In this document: in pieces, positions 52,101 through 64,000 of the stretch
How positions within the stretch are numbered: the stretch's first letter is position 1
How the letters are laid out: every line of letters starts with the position of its first letter
Origin: Eledone cirrhosa
Lineage: Eukaryota
NCBI GenBank assembly: GCA_964016885.1
Contig: OZ024741.1
Span: forward strand, 227,106,001-227,170,000
Length of the DNA: 64,000 bases
Reading direction: 5' to 3'
The notes under the pieces: generated by a model
Databases searched by the model: none
Seen by the model: the letters and a program-made list of their open reading frames with translations, nothing else
What the model was told of the DNA's origin: nothing
Translations under genes and position numbers: made by a program

Positions 52101-54812
52101 GTACTATCACCAACACTATCTCCACAGTACTATCAACACCACCATCACTACAGTACTATCAACACCAACATCATCACAGTACTATCAACGCCACTATCAC
52201 CACAGTACTATCAACATCACTCTCACCACAGTACTATCAACACCACTATCACCTAAGTACTATCAACATCACTATCAACACCACTATCACTAGAATACTA
52301 TCTACACCACTATCACCAGAGTACTATCAACACACCATCACCAGAATACTATCACCACAGTACTATCAACACCACTATCACCACAGTACTATCAATACCA
52401 GTATCACCAGACCACTATCACCACAGTACTATCAACACCACTATCACCAAAGTATTATCAACACCACTAAAACCACAGTACTATCAACACCACTATCTCC
52501 ACAGTAGTATCAACACCACTATCGCCACAGTAGTATCAGCACCACTATCACCAGAGTACTATCAACACAACTTTCACCGCAGTACTATCAACACCACTAT
52601 CACCACAGTACTATCAACACCACTATCACCACAGTACTATCAACACCATTATTACCATCATACTATCAACAGCACCATCCCCATAGTACTATCAACACCA
52701 CCATCCCCACAGTACTATCAACACCAGTATCACCATAGTGCTATCAACACCATTATCAACACAACTAACACCAGGGTACTATCAACACCACTATCACCAC
52801 AGTACTATCAACACCAGTATCACCGAAGTACAATCAAAACCACCATCACCACAGTACGATCAACACCACTATTACCACAGTACTATCAACACAGTACTAT
52901 CAACAACACTTTCACCAGAGTACTATCAACACCACTATCACCACAGTACTATCAACACCGCTATCACCACAGTACTATCAACACCACTATCACCAGAGTA
53001 CTATAAACATCACCAGAGTGCTGTCACCACCACTATCTGCACAATACTATCAAAACCACTATCACTACAGTACTATCAACACCACCAGAGTACTATCAAC
53101 ACCACCATCACCAGAGTACTATCAACACACCATCACCAGAGTACTATCAACACACCATCACCAGATTACTATCAACACCACTATCACCAGAGTACTATCA
53201 ACACAACTATTACCACAGTACTATCAACAGCAGTATCACCACAGTACTATCAACAGCAGTATCACCACAGTACTATCAACACCAATATCATCACAGTACT
53301 ATCAACACCACTATCACCACAGTAGTATCAACAGCACTATCGCCAGGGTACTATCGCCACCAGTATCACCACGGTACTATCAACACCACCATCACCCCAG
53401 TTCTATCAAAACCACTATCAACACCACTATCACCAGAGTACTATCAACACCATTATCGCCGCAGTAGTATCAACAGCACTATCACCATGATATACTATCA
53501 ACACCACCATCACCACAGTACTATCACCACCACTATCACAACAGTACTATTAACACCACTATCACCACAGCTGTATCAACATCACTATCACCAAAGTACT
53601 GTCAACACCAGTATCATCACAGTACTATCAACACCACTATCACCAAAGTAGTATCAACACAACTATCACCACCAGTATCACCACGGTACTATCAACACCA
53701 CCATCACCCGAGTACTATCAACACCATTATCACCACAGTACTATCAACACCACCTTCAACAGAGTAATATCAACACCACTATCACCTCAATACTATAAAC
53801 ACCATTATCATCAGACCACTATCACCACAGTACTATCAACACCACCATCACCAGAGTACTATCAACACCACTATCACCACAGTACTATCAACACCACCAT
53901 CACCAGAGTACTATCAACACCACTATCACCACAGTACTATCAACATCACTCTCACCACAGTACTATCAACACCACTATCACCGAAGTACTATCAAAACCA
54001 CTATCACCAGAGTACTATCAACAGCAGTATCACCACAGTACTATCAACACCATTATCATCAGAGTACTATCACCAACACTATCTCCACAGTACTATCAAC
54101 ACCACCATCACTACAGTACTATCAACACCAACATCATCACAGTACTATCAACGCCACTATCACCACAGTACTATCAACATCACTCTCACCACAGTACTAT
54201 CAACACCACTATCACCTAAGTACTATCAACACCACTATCACTAGAATACTATCTACACCACTATCACCACAGTAATATCAACACCACTATCACCAGAGTT
54301 CTATCAACACCACTATCACCACAGTACTATCAACACCACTATCACCTAAGTACTATCAACACCACTATCACCAGAATACTATCAACACCACCATCACCAG
54401 AGTACTATCAACACCACTATCACCACAGTACTATCAACACCACTATCACCACAGTACTATCAGCACCACTATGACCAGAATACTATCAACACCACTATCA
54501 CCACAGTACTATCAACACCACTATCACCATCATACTATCAGCAGCACCATCCCCACATAACTATCAACAGCACCATCCCCACAGTACTATCAACACCGCT
54601 ATCACCACATTACTATCACCAGAGTACTATCAACACCATTATTACCACAGTAGTATTAACACAACTATCACCACAGTACGATCAACACCACTATCACCAC
54701 TGTATTATCACCAGAGTACTATCAACACCACTATCACCACAGTAGTATTAACACCACTATCACCAGAGTACTATCAACACCACTATCACCACAGTACTAT
54801 CATCACCACTAT
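43200..54812. repeat. ~11.6-kb satellite, consensus 26-mer AGTACTATCAACACCACTATCACCA(C/G)
   Basis: Continuous degenerate array of 12-nt and 14-nt ACTATCA-containing subunits; lies in the last SPC25 intron. Confidence 0.98.
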
Positions 54813-54884
54813 AACGGAATACTCCTTCATTGAAACAGGCGAAGATTCGAAACCGAATCTTAGCTATCCCATCCTCTGTGCCAA

Positions 54885-55130
54885 GCCGTGGTTGGTTGTT
54901 CACACCCGGCAGACCGGCTCTTTGGGAGATGCTAACCACAGGTCAGATGACGGTTGTTTACGCCCAGCAGGAAAGAGGTCAGATAATATATCCATCCTCC
55001 TAACTTCAACCGTTATAAATACAAGGGTTGTTTACGCCCGGCAGACCAACCCCTTGGCAGATACTAGCCACAGGTCAGATGATATATCCATCTTTCTAAC
55101 TTCAACAAAGTTATAAATACAAGGATTTGT
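54885..55130. repeat. Short imperfect tandem duplication, ~135-bp period
   Basis: GGTTGTT.AC.CCC.GCAG...CACAGGTCAGATGA and AACTTCAAC..GTTATAAATACAAGG each repeated. Confidence 0.7.
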
Positions 55131-55452
55131 GGCACTACAGATATGAGAGGAGATATTCACTTACGCTGTCAAACTCCCTACACGAAAAACCAGTCTGTCC
55201 ACTAATTTCTCACCTGGCTGATTGAATACTACTACTGCTAAGACAAGAAAGTATACTAATAGTATTCTGTGATACTTTGTATTTACATGGCTCGAAGAGC
55301 GACCAACTTATTGTACAAATATTTCATGTTATAGATTTTATCATTCAAAATTCAAATTGAATATTGTTATCATAAAATAAACATTGTAACAACACAATCC
55401 TGGTATTATTCTTTGCATTGAAACCATCATACCAACAATTCCATCTATCCGT

Positions 55453-55645
55453 TACACCACTATCACCAGAGTACTATCAACACCACTATCAGCACAGTAC
55501 TATCAACACCACTATCAGCACAGTACTATCAACATCACCAGAGTACTATCAACACACCATCACCAGAGTACTATCAACACCACTATCACCACAGTACTAT
55601 CAACATCACTATCACCACAGTACTATCAACACCAATATCACCACA
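55453..55645. repeat. Detached short block of the 26-bp satellite
   Basis: Same unit, ~90 nt from the exon donor site. Confidence 0.95.
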
Positions 55646-55732
55646 CATCCACCAACAGCACACAATAGTATTGCTGTACTACAAAATAAAAAAGAAAAAC
55701 AAAGAAATCCAGCTACATAGTTGAGTACTAAC

Positions 55733-55831
55733 CGTGGTATTTTCCGTTTTCATCAATTTTTATGGAGAAAATATACAGTTTGTTGGGTTTACGGTGGTTG
55801 ATATATTTAAATATTATCTGTATTTGATCAT
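55733..55831 (-). CDS. SPC25: Kinetochore protein Spc25, penultimate coding exon (99 nt, phase 1-1)
   Basis: Acceptor TTTTTTTTGTCTTCTTTACCAG, donor CACG|GTTAGT; encodes DQIQIIFKYINHRKPNKLYIFSIKIDENGKYH, matching the Spc25 RWD-domain LQFIF.NI....P...F.FS....E...Y pattern. Confidence 0.87.
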
Positions 55832-55903
55832 CTGGTAAAGAAGACAAAAAAAAGAGGAATATTATCATCATTGGTTTCATGACGGAGATCCATTTCATTA
55901 AAT

Positions 55904-55934
<31 letters not shown>

Positions 55935-56427
55935 TATATATATGTGCTTAAGAAGATCTGTTGGTGATGAAAACTGTAGCTAAGACCATTGTTGTACTTT
56001 AAACCTTTAGCATGCTGAATTTATTTGATGAATTGCTTCCCTTGACACAGCATTATGTATTAAGGGGAGATTACTCTACCAGCGACATACTGTGCCTAGA
56101 GTACCCAGAAGATTAATTTCGTTTAAGTTTCACTATAAAAATAATAAAGAATTTAACAGTCATCTCTCTCTCAATGATCATGTTCCTATTATCGTATATA
56201 TTTGAAAACATTTTCCATGGATTATGACATGCTTGGTGACCTGCCAGATCCTCCCTCCCCTCTTTTTCACTACCTTCTTATCTGTATCTGGCACGTACTC
56301 TTGAACTAAATGGCTGCATAGGGTAGACACCACCCTCCTCTATTTGTATATGTACTGGGCAGGATCTGTGAGCCACAAAAATACAACTTGCCTAGTAAAG
56401 CAGTCACTTTGAGTAAATATGACTGCA

Positions 56428-56652
56428 CAAGGTAGCTGTAGGCTCTGCAAGCCATTATGGAAGCAACCCATCTAAGAGAACACTCACTCAGAATAAATAA
56501 GACATGGGGTAGACATGGGTTCCGTAAACCAGAGTAGGGAACACATCTAGAAGAGTTGTCACTCCGAATCAATGAGACTACACAAAGATGACATGGGCTC
56601 CGTAAACTACAATGAAGGCAGCTCATCTAGGAGAACAGTGACTCTTAATAAA
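56428..56652. repeat. Degenerate ~75-80-bp tandem repeat
   Basis: CATCTA.GAG...CACTC..AAT.AAT.AGAC...GACATGGG.TCCGTAAAC repeated 2-3 times. Confidence 0.65.
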
Positions 56653-57029
56653 ATCTGATACAGGGTGGAGAGGACTCTTGAGTTCGGTCAGACAACCTCT
56701 TTAGTGCTGGTGGTACGAAGAATGTACCCAGTCCATGCTGTAAAGTGGTTGATGATAGAAAGGGTATCCAGCCTGAAAAACCCTATCAAATTTGAAAAGC
56801 ACAATGGCAGTGCCCCAGCATGACATCAGCCTGTCAGTTGGAAATCATAATAGAGTAATATATGATTCACACAAATTACATATACAGGACTAACACTAGT
56901 TATGTTAGTGTTGTGCACAATAGTGGGGTGGCTCATGTAGCCATATTAGAGAAGCCCTCGACTGTCATCAAGCAATCGCACACCTATATTCTTTACCAGG
57001 TACAAAGCATGAATACTAAAGGACATAAT

Positions 57030-59320
57030 CACCAGTCAGGTAACACACCTCTGGACTGCCAATCTCAATGTGGGCAAATTAAAAGGTAGATTTGGGGAAA
57101 TTGTGGAGTTGCTAGTGCAGAAAAGTGTGGGTGTATGCTGTGTTTAACAGGTGAGAGGGGGGGGGGGTGCATCAACTAGACTACCCACAGGCAAACAACA
57201 TTGATACAAACACTTCTGGGTAGGAAATAACAATGGGGTAGGTGGGGTGGTCATTCTACTAGCTGAGAAGTGGATAGATAAAGTAACTGAGGTAGTTATA
57301 GTGACAGAATTATCAAGTTCAGAATGGAAATAGAATGTCAACAATTTTCTCTGTTTATGCATTTACAAACAGGACTGAGTAAAGGAGAAAAGGATTGTTT
57401 CTATGAAGAACTTTTACAGACAACTGCAATGACTGATCAAAGGGATCATCCTAGCTGGTAACTTCAATGGACATGTTGGACAGCATCAGAATGGCTACAC
57501 AGGTGTACATGGTAGCTATGGTCATGACTCAAGAAATGAAGAGGGAATGAGTCTCCTGGAATTGTGATGCAAATGAACTAACCATTTGCAACACTAATTT
57601 CAGAAAACTGGCCAGTCACCTGATCACTTACCAATCTGGTGAACATATGAACCAGATTGATTTCTTACTTGTGAGAAAACAGGAAAGACAGATGGTTAAG
57701 AACATTAAGTCCTTCCCTGGAGAAAGATGCACTGCCCAACATAAGTTAGTTACTAGCAACAATATAAGCATAAAATAGAACACGAAATGTAAGAAAATCT
57801 GGAGGAGGAAAATATGGAAGCTAATGGACCTTTTAGTTAAGTATAGGTTTAGAATGGCTCTACAGAATGCATCTAACGAGAGGGGAGATTATTTGCATAT
57901 ATATAACAAAGGGGACAATTGGAAGTTCTTACATGACAACCTACTTCAGACTACTGATGAGGCTTGTGGCTGGCGCAAAGCACCAGCCAGATGGAGAGTG
58001 ATCTGGTGGTGGAACAACACAGTGGATAGCGCCATTAAAGACAAGAGACAGGCACAGAAATACTGGAAAAATGGAGATAGCAAAGACCAGGACCAGGAAG
58101 CTAAGAGAGAAGCTAGACATAGCATACAAAGAGGCTGAAAGGAGGTTTACCAATGTTTTATGACATGAGGATCATAGACGGGAGGTGTTCCACATCGCAT
58201 GGCAATGTGTAAGTGTGAATCAAGGCAGTGTGTAAGTGTTGTTGAGGAAAAGTGTGTTCAAAATGATGCCAGTACTCTTAACATCACTGATGCTCAAAAG
58301 AAAGAGGCCTAGAAATGCAGCTACAAAGGGTTGATGAAAGTGGAGAATGCGTAGGGGGGGGGTCTACTCCCGTCTGACCCAACTGAGAGACCAGCTGTCA
58401 CAATGGTCAGTTATAGGGTCAAAAAAGCGATTAACCCTTTATTGTTCAAATATGCCAAAATTCTCTCTACCTTTTTCTGTTGAAACTGGCCGCTCAAACT
58501 GATGTTAAGGTATTGTTCTCAAAATAAATACTTTCAAAATCTCAAATTCGATATTATGTGAGATAAAGCATTTACCATGAAAATACAATAGTATATATAG
58601 AGTAATGTGAATGCTAAAGGAGATGAAGAATTGTAAAGCTGCTGGACTGTCAGAGATAGTTCCTGAGATGAAGAAAGCATCTAGGGAAGTAGGAGCTGAA
58701 CAAGTCACCCACATAGTCAATCAGATAATACAGGACAGGGTCATAACTAATGACTACCACAATAGTTTAATCATTAATTGCTACAAGTAAAAAGTTCATG
58801 AGCTAGAAAGGAACCACTGCAGGGGCATAAAACTAATGTGTCAAGTTATGAATGTGATAGAAAGAGTTTTAGCACAACTAATTAGGGAAAGAGTCAAACT
58901 AGATGAGATGCAGTTTGGTTTTGTGCCAGGAAGGAGTAATACAGATGCCATCTTCTTTGTGAAACAAATACAAAAGAAGTTCCTAGCTAAGAGTAAACTT
59001 CTATTAAGCTTTTGTTAATCTCGAGAAGGCCTTTGACAGAGTACCATGATCTGTCATCTGCTGGTCCTTAACAAAACTGGTTTGTGAGAGCAGTACAACC
59101 CATGTACAGAGGAGCTGTTAGTAAAGTGAGAGTAGGAAGTGAGTTTAGCGAGGAATTCAAAGTAAAAGTAGGAGTGCACCAGGTCTCGGTTCTCAGCCCA
59201 CCTCTGTTTATTAGTCCTTCAGGCCATGGAAACTTCTGTATGCCAATGATCTGGTTCTTATAGCTGGATCCAAGGAAGAACTAGAGAACAAATCCAGACT
59301 GTGGAAACAGAGCTTAGAAT
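57030..59320 (+). mobile_element. Heavily decayed RTE LINE (APE + RT)
   Basis: LNVG, GNFNGHVG, NQIDFLL, WWWNNTVD, DEMQFGFVPG, LEKAFDRVP, VGVHQ; same family as 62116-64000. Confidence 0.85.
58435..58620. mobile_element. piggyBac-like MITE nested in the RTE, right end clipped
   Basis: TTAA|CCCTTT start; homologous to 12764-12985. Confidence 0.65.
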
Positions 59321-61206
59321 ATGTATATATATATCTGTGTGTATATATACATACACACCTTAATTTTGTAGAATACTGCCTTTAAAATTCTCATCCAGCC
59401 CATGCCAGCATATAAAAGTGGATGTACAGAGGATGATATACACACACACATACATACACATGCAATTTACCATTAAACATGCTATACAAAAAAGCAGAAC
59501 ATTGCTATTTCCTGAAGGGGAGGACTTATCACATTATTAATTGAATATAAAAAGATATTTTGCAAGTAAAATTATTTGCGATTTCAATCAGAAATCTCCC
59601 ATGCAAATACTCAGTTCTACAGAAGATCAAGAAACATCTTTAAGACATCAGTTTTTTCGTTTTGTTTACTTTTATTTTTATTTTTTTTTATTGATACTAT
59701 CACATTTAAATATCAACACTACTTAACCAAAACTAGTTTACATAGATCCACACACATGCTTTAAACCACTCAGAAGTCATTCAACCAGATCTAATGGACC
59801 TTCATTGCTTGCCCTGAAGACAAATTTGCAATTTATGGCAGCAATATTTACAATCTTGTTTACAGAAGAATTTTTTTTGTTTTTCTTCTTCTCAATATTA
59901 CATTTAAAAGAACAGAACAAAGCAAAAATTGCCTTGATGCTTCTCTCACTGCTGATTTCTTTTAAAATTTGAGAAATCAGTCTTTGTTGCAAAGTAATAA
60001 GAGATTTCACATTACAATGAAGTACTTTCTAATTCTGACAAGAACAAAGTCCGTTCATCTTGTCTGATGTCCGTTAATTCAACAATTATATATATGTATT
60101 TTTAATTTTTTTAATATCAAACTAGGATATTTACCGAACAAAATCTCATCTTCCACTTCACTTCATTTCACTAAAAATTAATGGAGGAAGAGGAGGTGGT
60201 ATTGTTTTCAATTCTGCCCAAAACATTTCGTTTACCACCACTACCACCATCATCTCAACTACTACCACCAACATCAGCATTACCACCACCACAATTATCA
60301 TCACTATCAACACCACCACCATTCCTACACTCCATATCTCTAGACATATTGAGAAATAGAAATATACATATAAAAAACAAAGCACTAAGAAAAAAAAATG
60401 GAATAAAAATTAAACTACTTTTTATTGCTTATTTTGTGTTCATTCGTATTTAATTATCACATTTTTATTCATTTTTTTTTCCTTCCAAACATTAAACTTT
60501 TTCCATTAATTTTTTTTTTTAAACTCTATATTTCTATTTTCATACACTTTATTATCATATTTATTCTTACTTTGTTTTTTTTTTAAAAGAACTTTAAGCT
60601 ATTAAAAGGTGTAACAAGAAGATTGAACTGGTCATCTTGCTGATCATTTTGGGATGTCTTGGAGAAGAATCAAGAAATTACTAATGTGAGAGAGAGGGGG
60701 TGTATTATCTGTATTTACACCAGCATACCTCCAAGATGGATTCAAATAACTCCAACCAGTGTATGCATGATGACCAGAGCCAGACAAAATTCATAGGACA
60801 CTAACTACACCAAGAACAAGATATTAAAACGAGATTCAACTTGATCATGCCAGTCCACATTATAAGGGCGGTGGATTGGCAGTATCGAAAGAGCGCTGGT
60901 CACCATGTTTCGCGGCATAGAGTTACGGCTCTTTATGTTCTAATTTCAAGTCCTGCCAAGGTTAGCTTTGCCTTTCATCCTTACGGGATCGAGAAAATAA
61001 AGTACCAGTAAGCACTGGGGTCGATTAAATCAAATTGCTGGCCTTGTGTCTAAAGTAGAAACAATTATAAGCTGTCCACCTTGTTATTTATGCCATCCTA
61101 AGAGGGGCTCAGGCACAATTGCATTGCGAATCAGTAGACCTTGTGCAATGGTGGAGTGCACCATAGTTTTCAACTTCTTTGAGCACTCAGCAATTCTGTA
61201 TACAAA

Positions 61207-61810
61207 ATCATCATCATCATCATTTTATGTCCGCTTTTCCCTGCTTGCAAGTGTGAGACGGGTTCTAATTCAGCACAGCATCTCTCCACTTGTCACGGTC
61301 CTTCGTCATCTCCTCCGTGAGTTTCAGTGATCTGAGGTCTGCTCTTACCACCTCCGCCCATGTTTTTGTGGTCTACCTCTACTGCGTCTTCCTTCTACTC
61401 GGATTTCTTGGTACTTCTTTACCCAGCGGTCATCCTCCATGCACATCACATGTTCATACCATCTCAGTCTTCTCTCCTGCAGACCACAACTTATCCCTCT
61501 TATACCCAGTTTCTTTTTCAACTAATCTATGCTTGCTCGTTCACGCACATTGACATTGCACATCCAACGGAGCATGCTTGCTTCATTTCTCTCCAGCCGT
61601 CGCATATCCTCTGCAGTTGCTGCCCATGTCTCACTACCATGCAGAATCGCGCATCTCACACAGGCATCATATAACCGTCCTTTCGTACACAGGGAGCTGC
61701 TTCTTTGTCAACAGAAGAAGCAGCTCCCTAAACTTATTCCAACCCGTCCTTATTCTAGATACTATGGCCTCGGAACACCCCCTCCCCTCTCATACTAATC
61801 TGATCACCTA
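61207..61810 (-). mobile_element. RTE LINE 3' fragment with (GAT)n tail
   Basis: FRYLGDQI, LHGSETWA, EASMLRWMC; homologous to 62116-62516. Confidence 0.88.
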
Positions 61811-62115
61811 GGTACCGGAAGCTATCAACTACTTCTATAGAACCCACCTGCATTGGAAAAATGTGTCTATCACTGCGATTAATCATCACAGATCCATACA
61901 ACGGCAGTTTTATCTCTTACTACATTTAATTCATCTTATATTCAGTTTTTCTCTCAGCTCAGTTGTGCTCTGTTGTTGATGCACACCAATAGTACACATC
62001 CGGTAGAACAGGCTCACTTCATTTCTTTCTAGATTTTGAAAAGCCTTTGCATTCAAGGATCTCATCTTGCATGAGTATGTATATATAGGTATACATGTGT
62101 GCGTGTGTGTGTGTG

Positions 62116-64000
62116 TCATCATCATCATCATCATTTTACGTCCGCTCTTCCCTGCTTGCAAGGGTGGGACGGGTCTTATTCAGCACAGCATCTCTCCACT
62201 TGTCACAGTCCTTTGTCATCTCCACCATGAGCTTCAGCGATCTGAGGTCTGTTCTCACCACCTCCGCCCATGTTTTCGTGGTCTACCTTTACCACGTCTT
62301 CCTTCAACTGGCATTTCTCGGCACTTCTTCCATGTGCATCACATGTCCATACCACCTCGGTCTCCTCTCTCTCACACTACATTCTATCCCTCTCAACACA
62401 TTCATGCTGGGTCGTTCACGCACATTGACACTGCACATCCAACGGAGCATGCTTGCCTCATTTCTCTCCAGCCGTCGCATATCCTCTGCAGTTGCTGCCC
62501 ATGTCTCACTACCATGATGCATCGCTGCATGGTAGTGAGACGTGTCTATCAATGTGACTTCTACTGTCTAATTTCCCTGTACATCTACTGCATACGTATT
62601 TCTCCCTACCTGTTAGTTTGCCTGCTATCCCGCTACATCTCTTGTGTACCCAGGATCTGCATTGTGTGCATTTTATAGAATTTATGCCAGTTCCTTTTCT
62701 GCATATCGAACATGGCCATTTCCCTGACGGAATCAGAGTTTTGTCCTCTTTTCTACTCATCAACACTTTTGTCTTAGCTAAGTTCACTCTCAGTCCTCTT
62801 GCTTCCAACTGCTGTTTCTATAGCCAGAATTTATTCTCTAGCTCCTCTACTGATTCTGCTATAAAAAACAGATCGTCAGCATAGAGAAGTTCCCATGAAC
62901 AGCCAGTCTTAAACTCCTCTGTTATGGCTTGGAGGACTATAATGAACAAGAGCGGGCTGAGGACCGAACCTTGATGTACTACTACTTGTATCTGGAATTC
63001 CTCACTAAACTCCATTCCTACTCTGACTTTACTGACAGTACCTCTGTACAAAGTTTGCACTGTCCTCACAAGCCATTCCTCAACACCTAGTTTCCTTAGG
63101 GACTACCAGATGACAGATCGGGGTACCCTATCAAAGGCCTTCACTAGGTCAACAAAGGCTAAGTACAGTGGCTTATTTTTCTCTAAGAACCTCTCTTGTA
63201 ATTGTCTCACCAAGAAGAGGGCATCTGTTGTACTCTTCCCAAGCACAAAACCAAACTGTATCTCATCTAGTTTGACCCTTTCTCTAATTAGTTGTGCTAA
63301 TATCCATTCTGCCACTTTCATAACCTGATCCATCAGTTTTATACCCCTATAATTGCTCCTCTCCAGAGCATCCCCTTTACATTTGTAGCAATTTATGAGA
63401 ATACTGTTGCACCAGTCTTTGGGTATGACACCACCATATATAGCCTGATTGATGATGCATGCAACCAGTTTAGTGCCTACGTCCCCTGATGCCTTCAGCA
63501 TCTCAGCAACTATCCCCGATAGTCCAGCAGCCTTACCATTTTTCATTTCCTTAATCGCTTGTTGGACCCTATATTCGCCAATCTCAATAGCTGGTCCCTC
63601 TGTCGGATCTACTGAGGGTAATTTCTTTCTCTCCCATTCGTTCTCCACATTCATCAGTCTCTCATAATGACATTTCCAGGCCTCCTTTTTCTGATCATTC
63701 GTGACACTAAGTGCTCCGGCATCATTCCGGACACACTTATCTCCAACAACATCCTGATTTGCACTGACACACTGCCTTGTAATGCGGAACACCACACGTC
63801 TCTGATCTTCCCGTCGCAGAACATTGGCAAACCTCCTACACTCAACCTCCCTGCGTGCAAAGTACACCTCACGTCTAGCTTCTCTCTTAGCGGCTGTATA
63901 TCCTTCCCTACTCCCACCCTTTTCCCAAGCCTTCCATGCTAGTCTTTTGTCTCTAATGGCCTTATCTACTGTGCTGTTCCACCACCAGGTCACTCTCTGT
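62116..64000 (-). mobile_element. RTE LINE (RT region and 3' end), internally deleted, runs off the window
   Basis: WWWN, KAAG, NYRGIKL, QFGF, AFVDL.KAFDRVP, HQGSVLSPLLF, LLYADDL, C..C zinc motif, (GAT)n tail. Confidence 0.93.

Noticed and set aside
43200-54812. CRISPR array or mucin-like gene
   Set aside because: No unique spacers or cas genes and the context is eukaryotic; ORFs are broken by stops, lack splice or start context, and lie antisense in an intron.
59760-60090. Possible further SPC25 or other exon in non-repetitive sequence
   Set aside because: No open frame with matching splice sites or Spc25 similarity found; upstream exons probably lie beyond the window.
60235-60325. Third block of the 26-bp satellite
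   Set aside because: Only a generic CAC/CAT/TAC low-complexity tract without the AGTACT unit.

Overview
AT-rich animal genomic DNA. The SINE families, (TA)n/(TG)n tracts and RTE LINEs suggest a coleoid cephalopod such as Octopus; this is an inference. Only one host gene is recognisable: the last two coding exons of the kinetochore gene SPC25 on the minus strand (55733-55831 and 42690-42811). The intron between them holds an ~11.6-kb satellite with a 26-bp unit. The rest is mostly nested, decayed mobile DNA: a Penelope-like element, a Chapaev3-type and a hAT (Charlie/Buster) DNA transposon, a two-LTR CsRn1-clade Gypsy element, a head-to-tail cluster of R4/Dong-type LINEs, RTE LINEs, a non-autonomous Helitron, MITEs and SINEs. 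The most striking unexplained patterns are (i) several unrelated, ORF-less long fold-back units that each carry a minimal type-I hammerhead ribozyme motif, and (ii) a 980-bp element whose terminal inverted repeats look like two LTRs placed in opposite orientation. Coordinates were counted by eye, and boundaries of decayed elements are approximate.
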